A DNA stretch of 64,000 nt from Paraphysomonas bandaiensis (lineage: Eukaryota > Protista > Chrysophyceae). Location: contig CBFFRP010000025.1 of the NCBI GenBank assembly GCA_965644295.1, forward strand, positions 62,001 to 126,000, in the 5' to 3' direction. Numbering within the stretch: the stretch's first letter is position 1; every line of letters begins with the position of its first letter. The translations under genes were made by a program, and so were the position numbers. The notes beneath the pieces are model-generated. The model was not told the DNA's origin. It searched no databases and saw only the letters and a program-made list of their open reading frames with translations. Positions 58,382 to 64,000 of the stretch are shown here, in pieces.

Positions 58382-61224
58382 CTACACATCAGAGGGCCAC
58401 TGAACAGGATACATATCATACACTGTCGACACCCCAGAATTCGTGGACCCACTACGATCCGACAGGGGGGGGCTGTTAATAGCTACGAGGCATTTTTCAT
58501 GTGTGGCGCATAGCTGCAGTGACGTAACGTGTGGAGAAATCGTACACCCTTGCTGCTCGAGGAGGTGATTATTGATCACATCCGCTACCATATCCACAAA
58601 TTCTGCACTGGAAAAGTAATTGAACAGATTATCCAACCTGGCACGCATGTTTCTGTTACGTTCAGTTTCATCAGATGAGTGTGGCGGCAAGGAGAGCAGC
58701 ACTACAGCATCCGAGACAAGACGGTGTAGAACCTCAAATTTCCGAGGATCAATGGAGCACATCATATCCAACGCTGACGAAGAACCATCAGTTAGTGCTT
58801 GGGCAAGATGAGATGACGAACATGAGCTGTTGCCATTGGATGAGGACGTAGGCACGCTTTCACGGGCGCGCTTCTTCGCAGCTGAGGTGCCAACTGTAAT
58901 ACAACTACCGTCGGGATCAATCTCCATTTTCTCAGAAGTTTGGTTCCAATCACTACAGTCATCCATGTCCGCAAAGTTTACGTGGTCGACCAAGGATATT
59001 TCTTTTTTAAAGTGGTTGGACCCGTTGGCCGAGATTGAACTCTCCAATTCAGCGGGCGTCGTTACGTCATTTTTTTTCTGAGAATGGGTCTGCCGACGGT
59101 CGTCGATCTGCAGTAGGATGGGCAATAATTCACGAGAAGCAATCCGGAGAGCACCAAAGTCGTCTAACTCCCTTACTTTCTGTACAAGTTACAGGTTATT
59201 GGTATGATTCAGGCGATGGTGATAGAATACCTGCGTGAAAAGCAGGCACTGCATATAGACCCACGCAGGGGACGTTTCCAACGCAGTTGACCCACCGCCC
59301 ACATCTTCATTAGACTGCTGTTCTCTAACTACTTTAACAACCTCCATGTATCGCCCCTGAAGTGAAAAGCACTAATAAGTCCAGTGGACAGGTGACAGGC
59401 CAAGATAAATAATACATATAGTACGTATGTAGATGCGGCAGCAGAAATTAATTATTAGAATTAACATTACTTTAATACCTCTTTCATGAGTGCCCGTACG
59501 AGAGACCTCAACTCAAGAGACTTCCTCATTTTCTGCTCGTGGCACTCGCCCTCCTTTAATACGCTGCCTCCAATATTTCCCAAACTCTTACCCAGAAGTG
59601 TGCCCATGCTAACGTCACGAAAAGCGTAAGCTTGTTCCGTCGGATTCTCCCCATCCGATATATGTGGAGGGTCTGTTGATAAAACGTAAACATCATCTTG
59701 GGGCGTGGTGCTATGCTGTCTCTCATGGTGCCGCACCCCTCTCCGCTGCACCACAACATAAATTACAAATACAATACTTATCGGCCACAATATACATATT
59801 CAGTACTAATATAGGAGAGATACAAGCGATACTTAATAACTTGCTATTGTGACATACCTGCATTTGAAGCAGAATACGTTGTCTTGCAGCCGATGCACGC
59901 CTGAAACCAGACACCAAATTTGATAAAGATGTACTGATAGCTCGTTGACCGTGAGTGTGTGTTTCGTGCAAATTTCTCGCAGGGGGTTCATACTGCTCTT
60001 CCTCTTCCTTAACTTCATCACCATCTTCCTCGCTATCTTCAAGTTCCATGTCGCTTTCGCCATCACTATGACTATCCTGACTGCAATTTGAATAACCATT
60101 GTTGCCATCTGATTGGGAATCCGACATCTTTCTACGTTGTGGCACCTACATTATATTACATCAAATATATATAATTTATAAAACAAATCATTTTGTTAAA
60201 CTTTTAAACGGCAATTGTATAGTACAAAGAGAGAAAAGCGACATAAACAAAGTCTTTACTCAGTATAGTGGCACGATCGAATACTAGTTCGTACCTCACA
60301 GGGCTCCGTAGCGGCGTTGCTATCCACAGACTTGCAATTGTTGTCGCCTTCATGATCCTCCTCACTAGCGGACGGCGGGGCACCAGCTGGTAGGTTGCAA
60401 GCTGCGTCAAATGCCTGAAGGGTTCGTCCATATCCATGAACAAGCAGGTACTCCCGCACCATTAGCTGTACCATTGACGAAGACACAGGGATCTACACAA
60501 CATCAAAATCACTTATGAATGAATGGTTCATTCAAATAAACCTTTTCTATTGCTGTCTGTTTCTCGACAGCGCGTTTCTGAAGCAATTCTACAATATCAA
60601 ACACGAATGCCTCTTTGCCGAAGTTCGCCTTCACTTCTCTGTTGCATCCGATTGTAATACATGGGAGAAGGTCGCGGTCCTAATAATGGCCTTAACACAC
60701 AGTAATTTGAATGCTACAAAATCTCACACCTTCCGTTGAGTACGAAACGCCACGCCGCAGTATTTATCTCTATTAGTAAAGAATATTTCACCTGTGTCTG
60801 CGAATAAACCACACCCGACTACATCCCCGACATCACCCCAACTACGCGCAAAGGACCATTCCACACCAGAGGGATTCATAGAACTCAACAGCTTGCCATC
60901 ACTCCTCAAACCATATCCATCCTTCTTACCCAACGGTCCACCTCTATACCGTCTCTCTGGAATCAATCCTATCGTTACCGATCCACGATCTGATTTCTGC
61001 TATAAGTTAAACACTACTACAACACATATACACTTCTCTTCCCGTACCGTCACTGTAATCTCATAGTAAAAACATTTACAACTTGAAGGTATTGGACAAT
61101 CTGCCACTACAGTCCCTTGATGAGTTGAATGATTAGTTATAATATTGTTTTTCACAGTAAGAAACTGCGATATGTTAGATGTTCGTATCATTCCCGGGAA
61201 ACGGGTTGAATCTATTAAATCCAT
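58382..61224 (-). CDS. SPRY (B30.2)-LisH-CTLH protein, RanBP9/10-like
   Basis: CPIPSSCKCFYYEITV, YGLRSDG, GDVGDVVGCG..IFFTN and LisH MVQLMVREYLLVHGYGRTLQAF. Also LELRSLVRAL and, near the C-terminus, DAVVLLSL..VADVINNHLL. Exon structure approximate. Confidence 0.8.
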
Positions 61225-62175
61225 TGTGTTCTATGTCTGTTTCACCCCTATTTGTCAAGGTATTAATTCATTCGGATTGGGGTGAATTATATGTTCCTTT
61301 ACGTGTAGGTGTGTATGTCTATTAATTGATCCAGCTGGTCATATATATGCAGAGGTGGCAGTATCATACTATGTACACTACTGCTGTATGTGTACTGCAC
61401 ATATGGTATGCTTATGTATGTAGATCCCCAGCTAGATGTGATACGTGATTAGGAATTATCTCCAGATGACTCATCAAGATACACAGCAGGAGTGGGGGGA
61501 TGTTTTTTCCACTGGAAATTCGTGGAAAGAGTTGCTTTTTGTTAGAAATTTCGGTAAAGTATGCCGTTTCATCAATATGAAAGTCATGTATTTCTATGAA
61601 AATACTGTGTTTTTATGCCTAAAAATACCTCTAAAATTTTCAGGTACGTCGTATGTATAGTGTATATCTATATTCTTGTGCTGCATGTCCCATCTAGAGA
61701 ATCACACCCCACCAAATAGATCTTCGAACAAATCAGAGTAGAAGAGTGACGTATGTGATGCAGCTTGATACTGATGCGCCTTGATATTAAGTAGAGCACT
61801 TCAATCACAACAAAGAGGCCCATAGAGGGGAGGCGTATCCAATAAAAAACACTAACCAACAAAATCGAAAGACACCATTTCCTGGCAGAAGTACTGCCAC
61901 GACACACCTACCATGTGGAGCGTTTTAGAAATATCAGTTCCGTACTGCTAGTGCTCTTTTATAGAGCGATTACACCCATCAAAAGTAGCAATAGACACTA
62001 CAAAATAACCGCTAATCTCGTATTTACGCTAGTATTTTATATTTTATATACTCGAATGTCAAAGATCATTGATTTACCGTACGTAAGTATATTCACTTAT
62101 ATCGAAAAGCCATAAGTATAAATGGAGTAAGAACGGCACGATCAAACAAACTGAGAACCGCTTCTTAAAGCATAA

Positions 62176-62372
62176 ATACTCCATTACTAATTGTGTAGAG
62201 TGTAGAACGGCTTTTGAGTAGAGCTAAAATCACCACGAGTGACCTGCGCAAATCCATGGCACCTCTTGTTCATGCGCTTCAATAGACTTCTGTGGAATGC
62301 AAGTATAGTTGAAGATGGTATTCGTGCTTATAATGAGTAGCTAATCAATTCAATAATTGCAATTTAATAACT
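62176..62372 (+). pseudogene. second hAT transposase C-terminal remnant
   Basis: VERLLSRAKITTSDLRKSMAP..LLWNASIVED followed by AATTGC repeats. Homologous to 25282-25470. Confidence 0.75.
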
Positions 62373-62508
62373 GATATCTAGTCACAAGTATATGAGCAGT
62401 ACAATATTCTTGTTTGTTCTACAATCCAAAAAAGAAATCATTTTACTTTAGCACGATAACTAAATATATATGATAAACAATCAACACAACCAGCTGACAA
62501 AATATAGA

Positions 62509-64000
62509 CTAACGGCTCATTTCTCTTTGAGAACGTAACGTTTCTAATGCCTCAACTTGTTCCCAATGGTGTAACGTTATCGTACTGGATCCATATCCAA
62601 CAGCTTCTAACCTAGCCATTGCAAGAAGCTGATGTAGCGCTTCTGCACTCATGTTCGAATTCTCACGGTGCCGGACAAAGAAATCCTCCACTGTACTAAT
62701 GACACTCTCTTCCATGGTTACTACAGACACATCCATACACGACATCCACCAAATCCTCCTGTCGCCGTCCGCTAGATTAATATCTGAGATATGTCCATCC
62801 TCAGACACATCGGTTGAATTATTTCCAGGGGAGAGCCCTATTTTTACTGTATTGCTGGTAGCGATAATAGAAGGCTTGTCCGAAAGTATAATCACAGATA
62901 TTTCTGTAGGAATATCTAGAGCGCAGTATGGAAAAGAGACAGGCATCTTTTGATTGAGTATAATGCGCTGGAGTGACTCAACACCCTTAACACCTGTGGC
63001 ATTCAGTTCACCACACTGAAGATTGCATTCGTTGAGCACTAAAACCGTCCCTACACCAACCTGTAGTGGAGAGGGATTGATCCTGTTAGAGGCCTCATTT
63101 TTGTGTACATTGAACACGCCACTATTTAGGGTATCCACAGTTACCTCCACTTCCACTAGCCGAGGCACAAAAGACCGCATTGCTTCAATTACTCGGCGCA
63201 AAGCAGGCTCTGATGCACTGAAATTGTATATATTGATGGGGAGTGTGCCTACTGCGACTGATGATGGGTTAGATTGTCGGTTGTGCACACGCGATAGCAA
63301 TGCAAGGACAATGAAGCGTGCAGCTAGGGAATCCCCATCCAATGCGGAAGTGAGCAAGTTGACAACACTTAACCTAGATGCAGCAGTGGCTTGAGATGAT
63401 AAAGAGGCCGGGAGTGCGAGGTTTGTGTAACTTGAGTCTGGAAATAGGGTAGAAGGAGTGGAAAGTAGAGGAAATGACGGACCCAAGACGCGATAGGCAA
63501 TGCAGTGAATGACAGCACCAGTACACCCACCAGCACTCGAATCCAAAGGAGTATCCCATAACTCCAGTATGTCCATGACTTCTCCTTCAGTACTTGTAAT
63601 CGGAGGACCAGTTTTTTGTCTCTTACCACGAAGTGTGCCGCGTTGGGATTCACTAAGTGCCTCACACACATGGCACCCAGTGCAGTCTTCACTAACCACT
63701 GGGGGAGTAGTGTACACACCCAAAAGCTCAACCATGTCGTGCAGACGAACCCCTCGACCATTTTCCGTGGTATCTTGATCATAAAACTTAACCACACAGC
63801 AGACATCACACCCTACTCAGTAACAAAAACGCAGTTACAACGAAGAAGCTTTAGAAATGCTGCGCTCTTACCAACACTGCCTTTCGATTCTTCGGCCGCA
63901 TTACCAGAGTTCGTAGAGCTAAATACTCTCTTCTTTTCGAAGCTATCACACTCACCCCCAAAACACACCAAACCTGGAGATGATAACCCTGGATTTATGT
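62509..64000 (-). CDS. MCMBP: mini-chromosome maintenance complex-binding protein (5' end outside the window)
   Basis: CVVKFYD..LHDMVELLGVY, GDSLAARFIVLALLSRV, PSPLQVGVGTVLVLNECNL..GELNATGV, QKMPVSFPY and ALHQLLAMARL..HWEQVEALETLR. Confidence 0.88.

Noticed and set aside
1-64000. tRNA, rRNA or an autonomous RT/transposase gene
   Set aside because: None recognisable by eye; tRNAscan-SE/Infernal would be needed to exclude small RNAs.

Overview
Eukaryotic, gene-dense window (roughly 40% GC, many short ~45-60 nt GT-AG introns). It is probably from a flagellated stramenopile-type protist; this is an inference from CFAP77, the sterol methyltransferase and the intron style. About 21 protein genes are supported: MFS symporter, CFAP77, polycystin-2-like channel, class C GPCR-like receptor, lysine methyltransferase, TruA-type pseudouridine synthase, IQ-motif protein, OGFOD2-like oxygenase, PPWD1, a tiny G/S/N/Y-rich protein missed by the ORF track, MCCC2, RlmI-like methyltransferase, 2xRRM protein, ankyrin protein, SMT1, a divergent ABC-F, a CENP-V/GFA protein, a SPRY-LisH-CTLH protein, MCMBP and two hypotheticals. 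Most genes sit in head-to-head pairs. The most notable signal is a ~450-530 bp non-coding interspersed element with about 10 copies or fragments. It begins sharply at CCCTCAAC, its first ~87 nt fold into an HDV-like ribozyme topology resembling the Pr77 hallmark of trypanosomatid ingi/L1Tc retroposons, and four copies are flanked by 9-14 bp target-site duplications. This makes it a candidate ribozyme-headed non-autonomous retroposon family, and one copy is a 135-bp mini-element nested in an older copy. There are also two hAT-type MITE families, one linked to hAT transposase remnants. Nearly all transposon debris lies downstream of gene 3' ends. Exon boundaries were read by eye and are approximate.
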